64,000 nt of DNA from Lysobacteraceae bacterium (GTDB lineage: Bacteria > Bdellovibrionota > UBA1018 > JAGTJX01), in the NCBI GenBank assembly GCA_023657465.1, contig JAGTJX010000004.1, positions 154,904-218,903 on the forward strand, in the 5' to 3' direction. Below, one piece after another: positions 27,338 through 37,863 of the stretch. How positions within the stretch are numbered: the stretch's first letter is position 1; each line of letters starts with the position of its first letter. The notes under the pieces are model-generated. The model made no database searches and was not told the origin of the DNA. It worked only from the letters and a program-made list of their open reading frames with translations. The position numbers and the translations under genes were made by a program.

Positions 27338-27751
27338 ATGAAAAAAATAATATTGAACTTAGTGGCACTATATATCTCCACCAGTCCGGCATTTGCGGAT
27401 TACAGCTGCAAAGTGAATCTAAATGAAAAAGACAGTACAGAATCTAGAAGCGAAACGATGACTATTAAAGTTAGTCCTTCGATTTTTGAGAGTACTTGGA
27501 CACCCTTTGAAATTAACTCTAAAGAGTTTGGCCTAATCAAAGGAGACGTCAACATTTTTGACTCAAAAGGTGGCTCAAGTCCCACTCGCCCATACGATGG
27601 GGTTTTTGTAAATTTACGCATAGATCGATTTAAAGAAATTAGATCAAAAACAAAAAATGGTCGATTCGCTGCAGTCACTTTTTCAAAGTATGACGATAGA
27701 TATATAACACTCGGAATCAATAGATTGTATTTGGAGTGCTTAAAACAATAA
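27338..27751 (+). CDS. Small secreted hypothetical protein
   Basis: Signal peptide MKKIILNLVALYISTSPAFA. It lies adjacent to and co-oriented with the preceding gene. Confidence 0.45.
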   Translation: MKKIILNLVALYISTSPAFADYSCKVNLNEKDSTESRSETMTIKVSPSIFESTWTPFEINSKEFGLIKGDVNIFDSKGGSSPTRPYDGVFVNLRIDRFKEIRSKTKNGRFAAVTFSKYDDRYITLGINRLYLECLKQ

Positions 27752-27816
27752 TCATTAGTTCGCTTCATGCGTGCTGATAATCAGTCTAAATCTCTAGTGG
27801 TTAAAATCTTTTGGAG

Positions 27817-28671
27817 TTACTTCTTCCCCATCACCATGATGTGACGGGTGCCAGGTGCTCCGACCATGCGTGCGAGTTTTTGTAATACAATAGCGATCTT
27901 ACGATTCGAGAGAATCTTTTGAACGATCTTCCATGATTCAATCGCCTTGAATGCGCTTGCGAATTGATACCAAAGTCTATCTCCTAAGAAGCTCTCGCCT
28001 GAGATCTTGAATCCTGCATCTCGAACGAAATTACGAACTTTGTAAAACGCATGGTGGTGAATGTAGTCAGTGAATAATGCCGTGCCTCCAGGCTTAAGCA
28101 CTCGCAAAACTTCGCTCGCAACTTTTGCTTGTGTTGCTTCATCAAGATGCCAGCCGAAGAGTCCATCGCAAACGAGCACACGTTCAAACAATCCGTCTTC
28201 AAACGGAAGTACTGAAGCATCAGCAACTAAGAAATGCACTGCATTTCCAACTCGAGCTCGTGCCTTCGCTACCGCTGTAGCTGAGAGATCCATAGCGAAA
28301 ATTTCGGCGCCGGTTTTCTGTAACTTCTCTGTCATGAGTCCTAGCGAACAACCGAGCTCTAGAACTCTTTGGCCAGGCATGAGTCCAGTGAGCTCGAGCT
28401 GCTCAATCACCCAGTCATGTCTTAATCCTTCGATTGCTCGGTGGGAGTAATTCCAGGGCTCGGATTGCTTCGTGTAATCCCCTTCGAAAATCGCAACGCG
28501 ATTCTCTTGGTCGTGCGCACGATCCATGAGCACAGGAATCCCTAAATTTGATTGAAGAGCGCGGTCTCTGAAGGGCTGACGCAGTGTGTTTGTCCATGGA
28601 GTGGATTGCATGGAATCAGATGTATCAGGATAGGGGGGAAAATGGCAATAGGGGCTTGCTTGTCTCATCAC
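27817..28671 (-). CDS. Class I SAM-dependent methyltransferase
   Basis: Motif I VLELGCSLG, an acidic residue after beta2 (AMDLS), and motif post I. The start is probably an internal Met, because the yhaM-like gene starts 18 nt away divergently. Confidence 0.65.
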   Translation of the reverse strand: MMRQASPYCHFPPYPDTSDSMQSTPWTNTLRQPFRDRALQSNLGIPVLMDRAHDQENRVAIFEGDYTKQSEPWNYSHRAIEGLRHDWVIEQLELTGLMPGQRVLELGCSLGLMTEKLQKTGAEIFAMDLSATAVAKARARVGNAVHFLVADASVLPFEDGLFERVLVCDGLFGWHLDEATQAKVASEVLRVLKPGGTALFTDYIHHHAFYKVRNFVRDAGFKISGESFLGDRLWYQFASAFKAIESWKIVQKILSNRKIAIVLQKLARMVGAPGTRHIMVMGKK

Positions 28672-28689
28672 GTCAGGCTAGGAAATCAC

Positions 28690-29700
28690 ATGCTAGAGAA
28701 AAATCAATACGTTGCGACTCTTACAGACAAATCCCAAGTTGAATCCATTTTCCTCGTAAAATACTCCTCACTTCAAACCGGCAAAACAGGCAAAGCTTAT
28801 TTGAATCTTGTCCTCATGGATAAGACAGGTGAGCTAGAGGCACGCGTCTGGGATGATGTTCCTCAAGTCGCCTCGATGGCAGTGCGCGATGCGTTCGTCT
28901 GGGTTGAAGGCTCTTGTCAGAACTTCCAAGGTCGCAAACAAATCGTGGTCAAAAAACTTCAAGGACTTCGTGAAGACCAAGTCAAAATCAAAGATTACCT
29001 CAAAGTCGGAGAGTTCGACTCTGAAGAACAATACAAGGAATTAGTCGCATTCGTTCACTCGATGAAGGATCCTTATTATAAGGCTCTCGCTGAATCGATT
29101 CTCATTGATGACGAAGAGATCGTCGCACTCATGAAGAAGGCGCCAGCTGCAAAAACCATTCATCATGCATACCGAGGCGGACTATTGGAGCACGTAGTTG
29201 CGATCACGAAAACTCTCGATTTCCTCTCTGAACTCTACAGCCCTTTTGTGGATCGCGATCTTTTGTTCTTAGGCGGCTTCCTCCATGATCTAGCCAAAAT
29301 TTGGGAACTCAGCTTCGAGCGATCCACTGACTATACTGATGCAGGCAAACTCCTCGGACACTTGGTGATGGGCATCGAACTTGTTGAGAAAAAAGTCATT
29401 GCACTCGATAGCACTTCAGGTAAACTTTCAGGAAAGTTCCCAGAGGAGAAGAAGTTACTCGTCAAGCATATGATCGCATCCCATCACGGTTCTTATGCAT
29501 TTGGATCTCCGAAAGAACCTCAGTGTCTAGAAGCTTTCATTGTTCATGCGATTGATGATCTCGACTCGAAGATCAATTCTATCAGAAAATTTATTGAAGC
29601 AGATACGAATCCAGGAAAATGGACCCTGCTACACAAAGGAATGGAAAGATTTTTCTATAAACCGGAGTGGGCAAGACAGGCGACGGAGCTCAATACATGA
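28690..29700 (+). CDS. yhaM: YhaM-like 3'-5' exoribonuclease (OB-fold plus HD domain)
   Basis: An N-terminal OB fold followed by HD-domain residues (HHAYRGGLLEHV, FLHDLAK, HH). The start was moved to the ATG at 28690. Confidence 0.75.
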   Translation: MLEKNQYVATLTDKSQVESIFLVKYSSLQTGKTGKAYLNLVLMDKTGELEARVWDDVPQVASMAVRDAFVWVEGSCQNFQGRKQIVVKKLQGLREDQVKIKDYLKVGEFDSEEQYKELVAFVHSMKDPYYKALAESILIDDEEIVALMKKAPAAKTIHHAYRGGLLEHVVAITKTLDFLSELYSPFVDRDLLFLGGFLHDLAKIWELSFERSTDYTDAGKLLGHLVMGIELVEKKVIALDSTSGKLSGKFPEEKKLLVKHMIASHHGSYAFGSPKEPQCLEAFIVHAIDDLDSKINSIRKFIEADTNPGKWTLLHKGMERFFYKPEWARQATELNT

Positions 29701-30248
29701 AAAACTTAACAATGATGATCTTGGTGGCGTTGATGGTTTTAGGCGTGGTTTATATCGTAAAACACAGAAAACAGTCCGAACCCGCTAACACTCCTGCATT
29801 CAATGCAGGAGTATCATTGGAATCGCAACCTCCGGGAGAATACGATGGAGAATACACTCTCGACACCTACACTTGTAATGAGCAAAAAGCAAAAGAACAA
29901 AAAGTACCTGAAGCCCAAGTCACTCGTTTAAAAATTCGTGGGATGAATGGAAGGATCAACAAAAAAGTAGATGTTTGCGATGTCGCTCAGTACCTGACTC
30001 TAGTGCCAAATGAGAGCATCAAGAACCCAGCTATCAAATCAGTTCAGTTCAAGCAAAACCGATTGGAGTGTTCTCCAGAGTGTAAGTGTTACCCATTATT
30101 AATTGGTACTAGTCTCGGAGTATTTAATCTGACTAAGAAGGAAATTCAGGTCGTTGAGCGCGTGAGATCTGAAAAAGTATTCTGTAACGGAAAGCTTCCC
30201 GTTATTTTCAAATACAGTGCGTCAGTAAATTCTGCCGACAAAAAATAG
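29697..30248 (+). CDS. Membrane-anchored hypothetical protein
   Basis: An N-terminal TM segment (MKNLTMMILVALMVLGVVYIV) and a Cys-containing C-terminus. Its ATGA start overlaps the yhaM stop. Confidence 0.45.
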   Translation: MKNLTMMILVALMVLGVVYIVKHRKQSEPANTPAFNAGVSLESQPPGEYDGEYTLDTYTCNEQKAKEQKVPEAQVTRLKIRGMNGRINKKVDVCDVAQYLTLVPNESIKNPAIKSVQFKQNRLECSPECKCYPLLIGTSLGVFNLTKKEIQVVERVRSEKVFCNGKLPVIFKYSASVNSADKK

Positions 30249-30410
30249 ATTTTTATCCTCTCAACTTGATCCTATTTAATCCAGGTATTATTTCGTCAAC
30301 CGCTTGACTGAATAGAGAATTATTACACAAACATTATTTGATTACGTGATCGACTCTCATTATTCTATTTAATATTATTTAATAAATTGAATTTGTCGGA
30401 AGGATCACGG

Positions 30411-31637
30411 ATGATGCGACTATTAATCATTATATTAACGGCAATGACTGCCACTTCAAATGCAGTGGGTTCTGCAGAAAAAACAAAACAAAAAGAATGG
30501 ACGTTCTTAGTTTTTTTAAACGGCTTCAATAATCTTGATCGTTTCGGATTAGAAGACATCAACGAGATGGAGATGGTCGGATCCACTGACAAAGTAAACG
30601 TTGTCGTTCAATGGGCAAGCATGAGCTCAAGAAAAGTAAAACGACTCTATATCCAGAAAGATAACGACAAATATAAAATCACTTCTCCAGTCATTGAAGA
30701 TTTAGGTTCAGCGGACATGGGAAGTTACAAAGAATTAGAAAACTTCGTTAAATGGGGCGCTGAGAAGTATCCTGCGAAACACTACTTCGTTGACATCTGG
30801 AACCATGGCAATGGTTGGCAGGTCGATGCAGAGGGTAATGTTGCACAAGGTGTAGAGCCAGGTGTGAGAAATATTTCGTATGATGATATTCACGGCACTG
30901 AGATTACTACCGAACAATTAGGTGTTGCGATGCAAACGTTCGCAAAAGCAATCGAACATAAAGTGGATATCGTGGGTATGGATGCATGCTTGATGGCGAT
31001 GGTTGAAGTCGCTGGAGAGCTAGCATCTTCTACTCAGTTCTTGGCAGCATCAGAAGATTTAGAGCCAGGCCCAGGTTGGCCCTATGATGTATTACTCACT
31101 GAGTGGAACAAGGGAGGAAGAAAATCTCCATCTTTTGTTGGGAAAATTCTCACAAAAGCTTATGTGAAAAGTTATTGGAATGACGATGATATCTCTTTCG
31201 CTTCTTATGATTTGAGTAAGTATGATAAATTTGCTTCTAAAACAAAAGTGCTCTTCTCTCGCTTGCAGCAGTGTAATGCCTCTGATTGGGAGAAGGCTTT
31301 CAAGGAAATCAAAACCTATCCTACTTATACCCATAGTTCTTATGTCGACATGGAATATGCATTCCGTGGATTAGAGAAGACCATGTGTTCTGAGTTTGGA
31401 ATGGGCATAGGAGCTGCTTGGAGAAAAGTACGAACTTCAATGAATAGAATGGTTGATTACAAAGAATCGACTCCAGGTCATAAGTACAGCCCAGCGACGA
31501 TGTCGTTTTGGTTTCCAAAATCATCGTATGAATACAAGAGGTTCAAAACTCGTTACCAAGCCATGCAGTTTGATCGCGATACGGGTTGGACCAAAATCGT
31601 TGAAAACATGATTCCTTTCATGAGTAACTGGCAATAA
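30411..31637 (+). CDS. Secreted clostripain-like (C11 family) cysteine peptidase
   Basis: Signal peptide MMRLLIIILTAMTATSNA. The catalytic His sits in DIWNHGNGW and the Cys in GMDACLMA. SD GGAAGGA precedes the ATG at 30411; the track start at 30387 is a TTG. Confidence 0.75.
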   Translation: MMRLLIIILTAMTATSNAVGSAEKTKQKEWTFLVFLNGFNNLDRFGLEDINEMEMVGSTDKVNVVVQWASMSSRKVKRLYIQKDNDKYKITSPVIEDLGSADMGSYKELENFVKWGAEKYPAKHYFVDIWNHGNGWQVDAEGNVAQGVEPGVRNISYDDIHGTEITTEQLGVAMQTFAKAIEHKVDIVGMDACLMAMVEVAGELASSTQFLAASEDLEPGPGWPYDVLLTEWNKGGRKSPSFVGKILTKAYVKSYWNDDDISFASYDLSKYDKFASKTKVLFSRLQQCNASDWEKAFKEIKTYPTYTHSSYVDMEYAFRGLEKTMCSEFGMGIGAAWRKVRTSMNRMVDYKESTPGHKYSPATMSFWFPKSSYEYKRFKTRYQAMQFDRDTGWTKIVENMIPFMSNWQ

Positions 31638-31679
31638 CGCTAGGCATTGTCATGCGAAATCCGATATAACTGGCTCACG

Positions 31680-34445
31680 ATGCGTAAGCCAGTTGGAGAT
31701 GTACTCGGAAAATCTTACGAGCCTAAAGTCTTTGAAGCGGACCTCTATTCCTATTGGGAAAAAGAGGAATGCTTCAAAGCGGCCGATGAAAACGCGCCGG
31801 GACAAGAATCTTTCTGTATCGTGATTCCTCCACCGAACGTCACAGGCGTTCTCCATATGGGGCACGCACTCACCAATACGATCCAAGATATTCTCACTCG
31901 CTGGAAGCGCATGCAGGGTTTCAACACACTCTGGCTTCCAGGTACTGATCACGCAGGGATTGCAACTCAATCCCAAGTAGAGAAGAAACTGGCTAAAGAA
32001 GGTAGGTCACGTAAAGAGCTCGGACGTAAAGCATTCTTGCAAGAGGTCTGGGCATGGAAAGAAGAGCACGCTTCGTTCATTAAGCAACAGCTGCAGCGTT
32101 TGGGGTCTTCACTGGATTGGAGTCGCGAACGATTCACCATGGATGAAGGATTCTCAGCCGCGGTGAGAGAAGTGTTTGTACGCTTGTATGAAGACGGACT
32201 TATCTACCGAGGCGAGCGAATGATTAACTGGTCAGTCGCTCTACAGACAGCGATCTCTGATCTCGAAGTGATCCCAACAGAGCGCAAGAGTCAGCTCTGG
32301 CATATTAAGTATCCTGTTTCTGGTGGATCTGATTACATCGTGATTGCAACGACACGTCCTGAGACACTTTTGGGCGATACTGCAGTTGCAGTTCATCCTG
32401 AAGACGAGAGATACAAAAAACTTCATGGCAAAAAATTTAAAGTCCCTCTCTCTGATCGCGAGATTCCTCTCATCTTAGACGAATATGTAGATCGTGAGTT
32501 TGGTTCTGGAGGATTAAAAGTCACTCCCTCACATGACTTCAATGATTACGAATTAGGTAAGAAGCACGGACTCCCACTGATGACGGTGATTGGTCTTGAT
32601 GGGAAGATGACTGCAGCAGCTGGCGCATATGCAGGGCTTAAGATTGCAGAGGCTCGCTCGATGGTGATTCAAGACCTCACCGATCAAGGTCTACTCGTTA
32701 AAACAGAAGAAATCGTCAACAAAGTAGGAATCTGTCAGCGTAGTGGAACGGTTGCTGAGCCTATGATCTCCAAGCAGTGGTTTGTGAAGATTGAGAAGCT
32801 AGCTAAGCCCGCGATTGAAGCAGTAGAGACTGGCGCGATTACTTTCACGCCTGAGAATTGGAAAAAAACTTATTTTGAGTGGATGTACAACATCAAGGAC
32901 TGGTGCATCTCTCGTCAGCTTTGGTGGGGACATCAGATACCAGCTTGGCATTGCGTGGATTGTTCAGAGATCACCGTTGCAAGAGTGACTCCTCAAGCGT
33001 GTTCAAAATGTGGCTCCAAAGGAATCAAGCAAGATGAAGATGTGCTCGATACTTGGTTTAGCTCTGGGCTTTGGCCATTTGGTACGCTGGGTTGGCCTGA
33101 AAAGACTCATGCACTGAAAACGTTTTATCCCACTTCCATTCTCGAAACAGGGTTCGATATTATTTTCTTCTGGGTCGCTAGGATGATCATGATGGGTCTC
33201 TATTTCATGAAAGAAGAAAATGGCAAAGGCATCCCACCGTTTAGCAAAGTCTATCTTCACGCCATGGTTCGTGACGAAAAAGGCGAAAAGATGTCTAAGA
33301 CCAAGGGAAATGTCATTGATCCACTCGGTCTCATCGAAGACGATGGAGCGGATTCTCTAAGGTTCACTCTTGCGAGCATGTCTGGCCAAGGCCGGGACAT
33401 TAAGCTCTCTGTAGACCGAGTCGAGGATTACCGCGCGTTCTGTAATAAACTTTGGAACGCTGTGAAGTTCTTCCACTATCAGTGGGACGAGGAACAAGGT
33501 GGACCTACGGATGAGCCTTTAGGTGGTTCTGAGAAATATTTAAAAGATAACTATTCTAAACTCTCTATAGAGAATCAGTGGATCTTATCGAGACTTCAGA
33601 ATGCGACTCTAGAAGTTGAGAAAGGTTTAGAGAATTTTGAATTGAACCGCAGCTCCCAGGCTCTCCATACCTTCACATGGAATGAGCTCTGTGACTGGTA
33701 CATCGAGTTTGCGAAGCTCCCGTTGCGAGAAGGTAGTAAAGCACGTAAACAAACACTTATCACGCTTCATTATGTTCTAGAGAGTACGCTTAATCTTCTC
33801 CATCCTTTCATTCCGTTTGTGACTGAACAGCTCTGGCTCTCACTTCCTTGGAAGAAGGCTCAGACTATTCCAACACGTGCGCGCGATAAGAAGCCAGCTC
33901 TTGAGACGCTCATGTTTCAGAAGTTCTATCAGTCAAGCGAAGCTTGGAGAAACCTAGGTGTCGAAGCAGATATCTATGAACTCAAAGGAATTATTGAAAA
34001 TGTCAGAAATTTTAGGGGTGAAAATAATCTCTCACCTAAGATTGAGTTTCCACTTTATTTAAAAATTAATTCTCAGGAATGGTTACAGAAAATCAAAGTA
34101 CTAGAAAAACAAATTTTAACACTCACTCGATGTTCAAAAATTATTTACGATTCACCTGATATCACTCAAGAAGCTTCAAAATCTGCATTAACAGGTTGTG
34201 CTACGGAGCTTTATATTGTGCTTGAAGGTCTTGTGAACAAGGAAGAAGAGCTCAAGCGGATCACTAAGGAGTTCACAAAAGCTAAGCAGGATCTCGAGTT
34301 TGTGACGAATAAACTCTCTCGACCTGACTTCATTGCTAAAGCTCCTCCTCAGCTTGTAGCTAAAGAAACTCAAAAACAAACGGAGCTCACTGGCCAAGTC
34401 AAAGATCTCGAAGCAGCACTGGCTAAGCTACAGAAGCGCTCATGA
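31680..34445 (+). CDS. valS: Valine--tRNA ligase
   Basis: HIGH (LHMGHAL) and KMSKS motifs and a C-terminal coiled coil. The start was moved to the ATG at 31680; the track begins at an upstream TTG. Confidence 0.95.
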   Translation: MRKPVGDVLGKSYEPKVFEADLYSYWEKEECFKAADENAPGQESFCIVIPPPNVTGVLHMGHALTNTIQDILTRWKRMQGFNTLWLPGTDHAGIATQSQVEKKLAKEGRSRKELGRKAFLQEVWAWKEEHASFIKQQLQRLGSSLDWSRERFTMDEGFSAAVREVFVRLYEDGLIYRGERMINWSVALQTAISDLEVIPTERKSQLWHIKYPVSGGSDYIVIATTRPETLLGDTAVAVHPEDERYKKLHGKKFKVPLSDREIPLILDEYVDREFGSGGLKVTPSHDFNDYELGKKHGLPLMTVIGLDGKMTAAAGAYAGLKIAEARSMVIQDLTDQGLLVKTEEIVNKVGICQRSGTVAEPMISKQWFVKIEKLAKPAIEAVETGAITFTPENWKKTYFEWMYNIKDWCISRQLWWGHQIPAWHCVDCSEITVARVTPQACSKCGSKGIKQDEDVLDTWFSSGLWPFGTLGWPEKTHALKTFYPTSILETGFDIIFFWVARMIMMGLYFMKEENGKGIPPFSKVYLHAMVRDEKGEKMSKTKGNVIDPLGLIEDDGADSLRFTLASMSGQGRDIKLSVDRVEDYRAFCNKLWNAVKFFHYQWDEEQGGPTDEPLGGSEKYLKDNYSKLSIENQWILSRLQNATLEVEKGLENFELNRSSQALHTFTWNELCDWYIEFAKLPLREGSKARKQTLITLHYVLESTLNLLHPFIPFVTEQLWLSLPWKKAQTIPTRARDKKPALETLMFQKFYQSSEAWRNLGVEADIYELKGIIENVRNFRGENNLSPKIEFPLYLKINSQEWLQKIKVLEKQILTLTRCSKIIYDSPDITQEASKSALTGCATELYIVLEGLVNKEEELKRITKEFTKAKQDLEFVTNKLSRPDFIAKAPPQLVAKETQKQTELTGQVKDLEAALAKLQKRS

Positions 34446-35065
34446 AGTTCATCCTCGTTGGACCCAGATTTAACTCTAAGGATGCAACAAAACTTAAAAA
34501 ACTAAACGCCCCTTGGATCGCAGTAGACGGTGGGCTTGATTTCATCAAGAAAATTGGAATAGAGCCACTCTTCGCCATTGGCGACTGGGATTCGCTTAAA
34601 AACAAGAAGCTTCTCAAGCACTGTGATCACATCACGCTTCCAGTGAGGAAAGATCGAAACGATCTCTACTATGCACTTGAAGCATTGAAAGGATTAGATC
34701 CTTCTGAGGTTCATCTCTTTGGATTCGATCTTGGGAGACTCGATCATGAAATGTCAAACCTTTTTGAGATCTCTGCGTTCATAGAGAATAATCAAAAAAT
34801 TAAAGTCATCTATCTAAGAAGAGATGAACAGCTTCACTTCGTATCTCAGGCCAAACATTCACTTAACCTCAAACAGAATCAAATCGTGTCGTTCTTCTCG
34901 ATGGGTGAAAAGCCAGCTCGTGATGTTTCGCTCACAGGATTTGAGTACGCTCTCAAGGGTGAAACACTTTATCCATCATCACATGCTCTCAGTAATAGGG
35001 CGATCAAGAAGAAATGTCAGATTTCTGTCGCAACAGGTGTCTTGATGATTGTGATTAATCAATGA
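34442..35065 (+). CDS. thiN: Thiamine pyrophosphokinase
   Basis: GDWDSL motif and TPK family size. Its ATGA start overlaps the valS stop. Confidence 0.75.
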   Translation: MKFILVGPRFNSKDATKLKKLNAPWIAVDGGLDFIKKIGIEPLFAIGDWDSLKNKKLLKHCDHITLPVRKDRNDLYYALEALKGLDPSEVHLFGFDLGRLDHEMSNLFEISAFIENNQKIKVIYLRRDEQLHFVSQAKHSLNLKQNQIVSFFSMGEKPARDVSLTGFEYALKGETLYPSSHALSNRAIKKKCQISVATGVLMIVINQ

Positions 35066-35082
35066 GACAATAAGATTTAAAC

Positions 35083-36819
35083 ATGAGTAATTTAGAGACT
35101 TTAAAATTCAGAAGCGATCCGGGCGTGCTCTTTTCTCAGCATGCGATGGCTCCTGGAGCTATCTCAAACTTCGAAGCGATTAGATCCAAGGTTGTGGACT
35201 CTGTCGTCGAACGCACGATGAATGATTTCTCTCCTGCACAGTATGAAATGCTGCTAGGTGAATCACTCTTCTCCGAGCGTCGAAGGATCTATAAGCAGAA
35301 GAATGCAACGCTCGAATATCTTTTTATTCGAAAAAGAATCAAAGCGGATGAAAAACTTTGGAAGAAAGTTCAGCAAGGACTTCTCAAGTCAGTGGTCGAG
35401 AGCGACCGCAAGAAACTCATGCGAGATGCAGTCACTCACTATGCTGATGAAATCGGCGGGCACTTCAGTCCCAAGGTTTATAACTTTACGACTCGTACAC
35501 TTCCATTGGCATTCAATTGGCTACTCAATGCTGCAAGTCTCAAACGTATTGCACCTTGGAAACAAGTAGAGATGCTCGACACGAGACTCAGAGTCTATGG
35601 TGAGATTGAGCATCTTCAGAGATTAAGCCAGAAGGGCACGATCCTTCTCGTTCCTACTCACCAGAGTAACATCGATAGCGTGCTCATCGGTTACATCATT
35701 CACCTGATGCAACTGCCTCCCTTCGCGTATGGAGCGGGACTCAATCTCTTCACCAATCCTGTGATCTCCTACTTCATGAGTAATCTAGGAGCCTACACAG
35801 TTGATAGACAGAAGAACTCTCCGCTCTATAAGTCCGTCCTGAAGAACTACAGTACTGAGATCTTGAAGCGTGGAGTTCATTCGATCTTCTTCCCTGCAGG
35901 CGGTCGTGTGAGAAGTGGAGCGATTGAAACCCATGTGAAGTTGGGGTTACTCGGTACCGCTCTTCAAGCACAAATTGAAAACTACCAAGAGAACAAGCCC
36001 AATCCTAACGTCTACATTGTACCGATGACGACGGGCTATCACTTCGTGCTGGAAGCTTCGTCTCTCATTGACGAGTACCTCGAGCAATCCGGTAAACACA
36101 AGTTCATGGCCACTGATGGTGATGAGCCGCTTATTCTTTGGAAGTTTTTGAAATTCTTCTGGAAGCTTTTCTCTCAAGACAGCTCTGTTCAAGTACGTAT
36201 CGGTAGACCACTCGATGTCTTCGGTAACTTCGTCGATGAGAATGGAAGATCCATTGGTCCTAATGGGACAACGATCGATCCTAAGAGTTGGCTCACTTCA
36301 GGTGGAGAGCTTAAGGCTGATACTCAGCGCGATCAGCAGTACATCGTGGGTCTTGGTAAAAAAATCGGTGAGCGTTATCACCGCGAGAACATCGTGCTCA
36401 CTTCGCACCTCTGCGCTTACTCATATTTCAGAATGCTTCGTAAGACCTACAGAGAATTAGATCTTTATCGATTCCTAAGACTCTCGCTCTCTCAAAGAAC
36501 TGTGCTCTTCTCAGACTTCCTCGCTGAAGCAGTGAGTTGCTACAAGCTCGTAAGACACGCAGCGAATCGCGGAGAGCTTTTCCTCTCTGAAGAACTGAGG
36601 GTGCTGAAGCTTGAAGACTGGATACAAGACGGCTTGAGACAACTAGGAATGTTCCATGAATCTAAGGTCATGAGGAAGCAAGATCAGACACTGTACACTG
36701 AAGATATGAATCTACTGTATTACTATCGCAATCGTCTGACAGGTTATGGATTTGATCCACTGGGCAGGGATGAAAACAAATTACTAGGGGAGTTTGATGA
36801 AAAAGGATTTTTGGTCTAA
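35083..36819 (+). CDS. plsB: PlsB-type glycerol-3-phosphate acyltransferase (short form)
   Basis: HxxxxD motif (HQSNID) and FPAGGRVRSG acyltransferase motifs. Confidence 0.7.
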   Translation: MSNLETLKFRSDPGVLFSQHAMAPGAISNFEAIRSKVVDSVVERTMNDFSPAQYEMLLGESLFSERRRIYKQKNATLEYLFIRKRIKADEKLWKKVQQGLLKSVVESDRKKLMRDAVTHYADEIGGHFSPKVYNFTTRTLPLAFNWLLNAASLKRIAPWKQVEMLDTRLRVYGEIEHLQRLSQKGTILLVPTHQSNIDSVLIGYIIHLMQLPPFAYGAGLNLFTNPVISYFMSNLGAYTVDRQKNSPLYKSVLKNYSTEILKRGVHSIFFPAGGRVRSGAIETHVKLGLLGTALQAQIENYQENKPNPNVYIVPMTTGYHFVLEASSLIDEYLEQSGKHKFMATDGDEPLILWKFLKFFWKLFSQDSSVQVRIGRPLDVFGNFVDENGRSIGPNGTTIDPKSWLTSGGELKADTQRDQQYIVGLGKKIGERYHRENIVLTSHLCAYSYFRMLRKTYRELDLYRFLRLSLSQRTVLFSDFLAEAVSCYKLVRHAANRGELFLSEELRVLKLEDWIQDGLRQLGMFHESKVMRKQDQTLYTEDMNLLYYYRNRLTGYGFDPLGRDENKLLGEFDEKGFLV

Positions 36820-37801
36820 ATCGCGCGTGGTTGTATTCGGAGGTGGGAACTGGGGGACGGTCCTCGCTAATCTCGCCACTCGAAATTGTGCCGAAGTGCT
36901 CGTGATCGTGAGAACCGAAGAGCAAGCGCGTTCAGTGAATTCTACCAAGACTAATTCCGAGTATCTTCCTGATTTCAAACTCAGTGACAAAATCAAAGCA
37001 GTCTCTACCTTCGACAAAGCATTCGAAGCGGGTCCTGCGCAAGCTGTGATCTGGGCGATACCATCGAAACCCACACGCGAACAAGCGAAGCTCATGGCGA
37101 AGTACTTCACTGGAGAGGAAATTTTGATCCATGCTACTAAAGGTGTGGAGGCGGGGACATTGAAGAGAATGAGCACCGTGCTGAAGGAAGAAATTCCCTG
37201 TCCTCGTATCGGAGTCCTCTCAGGTCCTAATCTTGCTCATGAAGTAGCGAGAGGGGATCCTGCAGGAACGATCATCGCATCGAGGTTTGAAGAAGTGATT
37301 CAATCTGGACGTGCGATCTTCACTTCTCCTACATTCAAAGTCTTCGGTAGTTCAGACATGATCGGAGTGGAGTGGTGCGGAGTTCTGAAGAACGTGCTTG
37401 CAATCGCTGCGGGATGTGTGGATTCGCTCGGACTAGGATGGAACGCGCGCGCAACACTCCTCACTGGTGGATTAGCTGAGATGGTGAGATTCGGAACAGT
37501 GTTAGGTGCTGAGACGCAGACCTTCTTAGGTCTTGCAGGTTTAGGAGATATGCTAGCGACTTGTAGTTCTCCACTCAGTCGTAACTACAGAGTCGGCCAA
37601 GGTATCGGCCAGGGTAAGACACTCGCTGAAGTAGTCGATTCCTTAGGCAGTGTGGCCGAAGGGGTTTATACCGCAGAGAGTGTGTGGCAATACGCACAGA
37701 CGCGCGATATCAATATGCCTATCACTCGCGGAGTCTATGCACTCACTCATGGTCAGCTCTCTCCCGCTGAATTCGTGAAGCAAACTCTCGCTGCGTATTA
37801 A
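36797..37801 (+). CDS. gpsA: NAD(P)H-dependent glycerol-3-phosphate dehydrogenase
   Basis: VFGGGNWGT Rossmann motif and GpsA catalytic motifs. Confidence 0.9.
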   Translation: MKKDFWSKSRVVVFGGGNWGTVLANLATRNCAEVLVIVRTEEQARSVNSTKTNSEYLPDFKLSDKIKAVSTFDKAFEAGPAQAVIWAIPSKPTREQAKLMAKYFTGEEILIHATKGVEAGTLKRMSTVLKEEIPCPRIGVLSGPNLAHEVARGDPAGTIIASRFEEVIQSGRAIFTSPTFKVFGSSDMIGVEWCGVLKNVLAIAAGCVDSLGLGWNARATLLTGGLAEMVRFGTVLGAETQTFLGLAGLGDMLATCSSPLSRNYRVGQGIGQGKTLAEVVDSLGSVAEGVYTAESVWQYAQTRDINMPITRGVYALTHGQLSPAEFVKQTLAAY

Positions 37802-37814
37802 AAAGCGCTCCTAC

Positions 37815-37863
37815 TTGACATTAACGTCCATAACGTTAATAATGATAACGTTATGGACGTTAA
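37815..37863 (+). promoter_or_regulatory. Promoter plus perfect 18-bp-arm inverted repeat enclosing the start codon of the COG1373 ATPase gene
   Basis: TTGACA at 37815-37820, about 16 bp, then TAATAAT at 37837-37843. The repeat TTAACGTCCATAACGTTA (37821-37838), spacer ataatga, then TAACGTTATGGACGTTAA (37846-37863) places the ATG at 37853 inside arm 2. Confidence 0.5.

Noticed and set aside
30263-30320. Partial resemblance of CTATTTAATCCAGGTA and CTGAATAGAG to the reverse complement of the repeat core and to the R1 interior
   Set aside because: It requires two indels and opposite orientations of the two pieces, and is not collinear with the family, so it is probably chance in AT-rich DNA. A local tandem duplication (CTATTTAAT..ATTATTT twice) is real but short.
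37821-37863. 18-bp palindrome as a simple Rho-independent terminator of gpsA
   Set aside because: The stem is AT-rich and is not followed by a U-tract. It encloses the next gene's ATG and overlaps a good promoter, so a regulatory role fits better. A termination function cannot be fully excluded.
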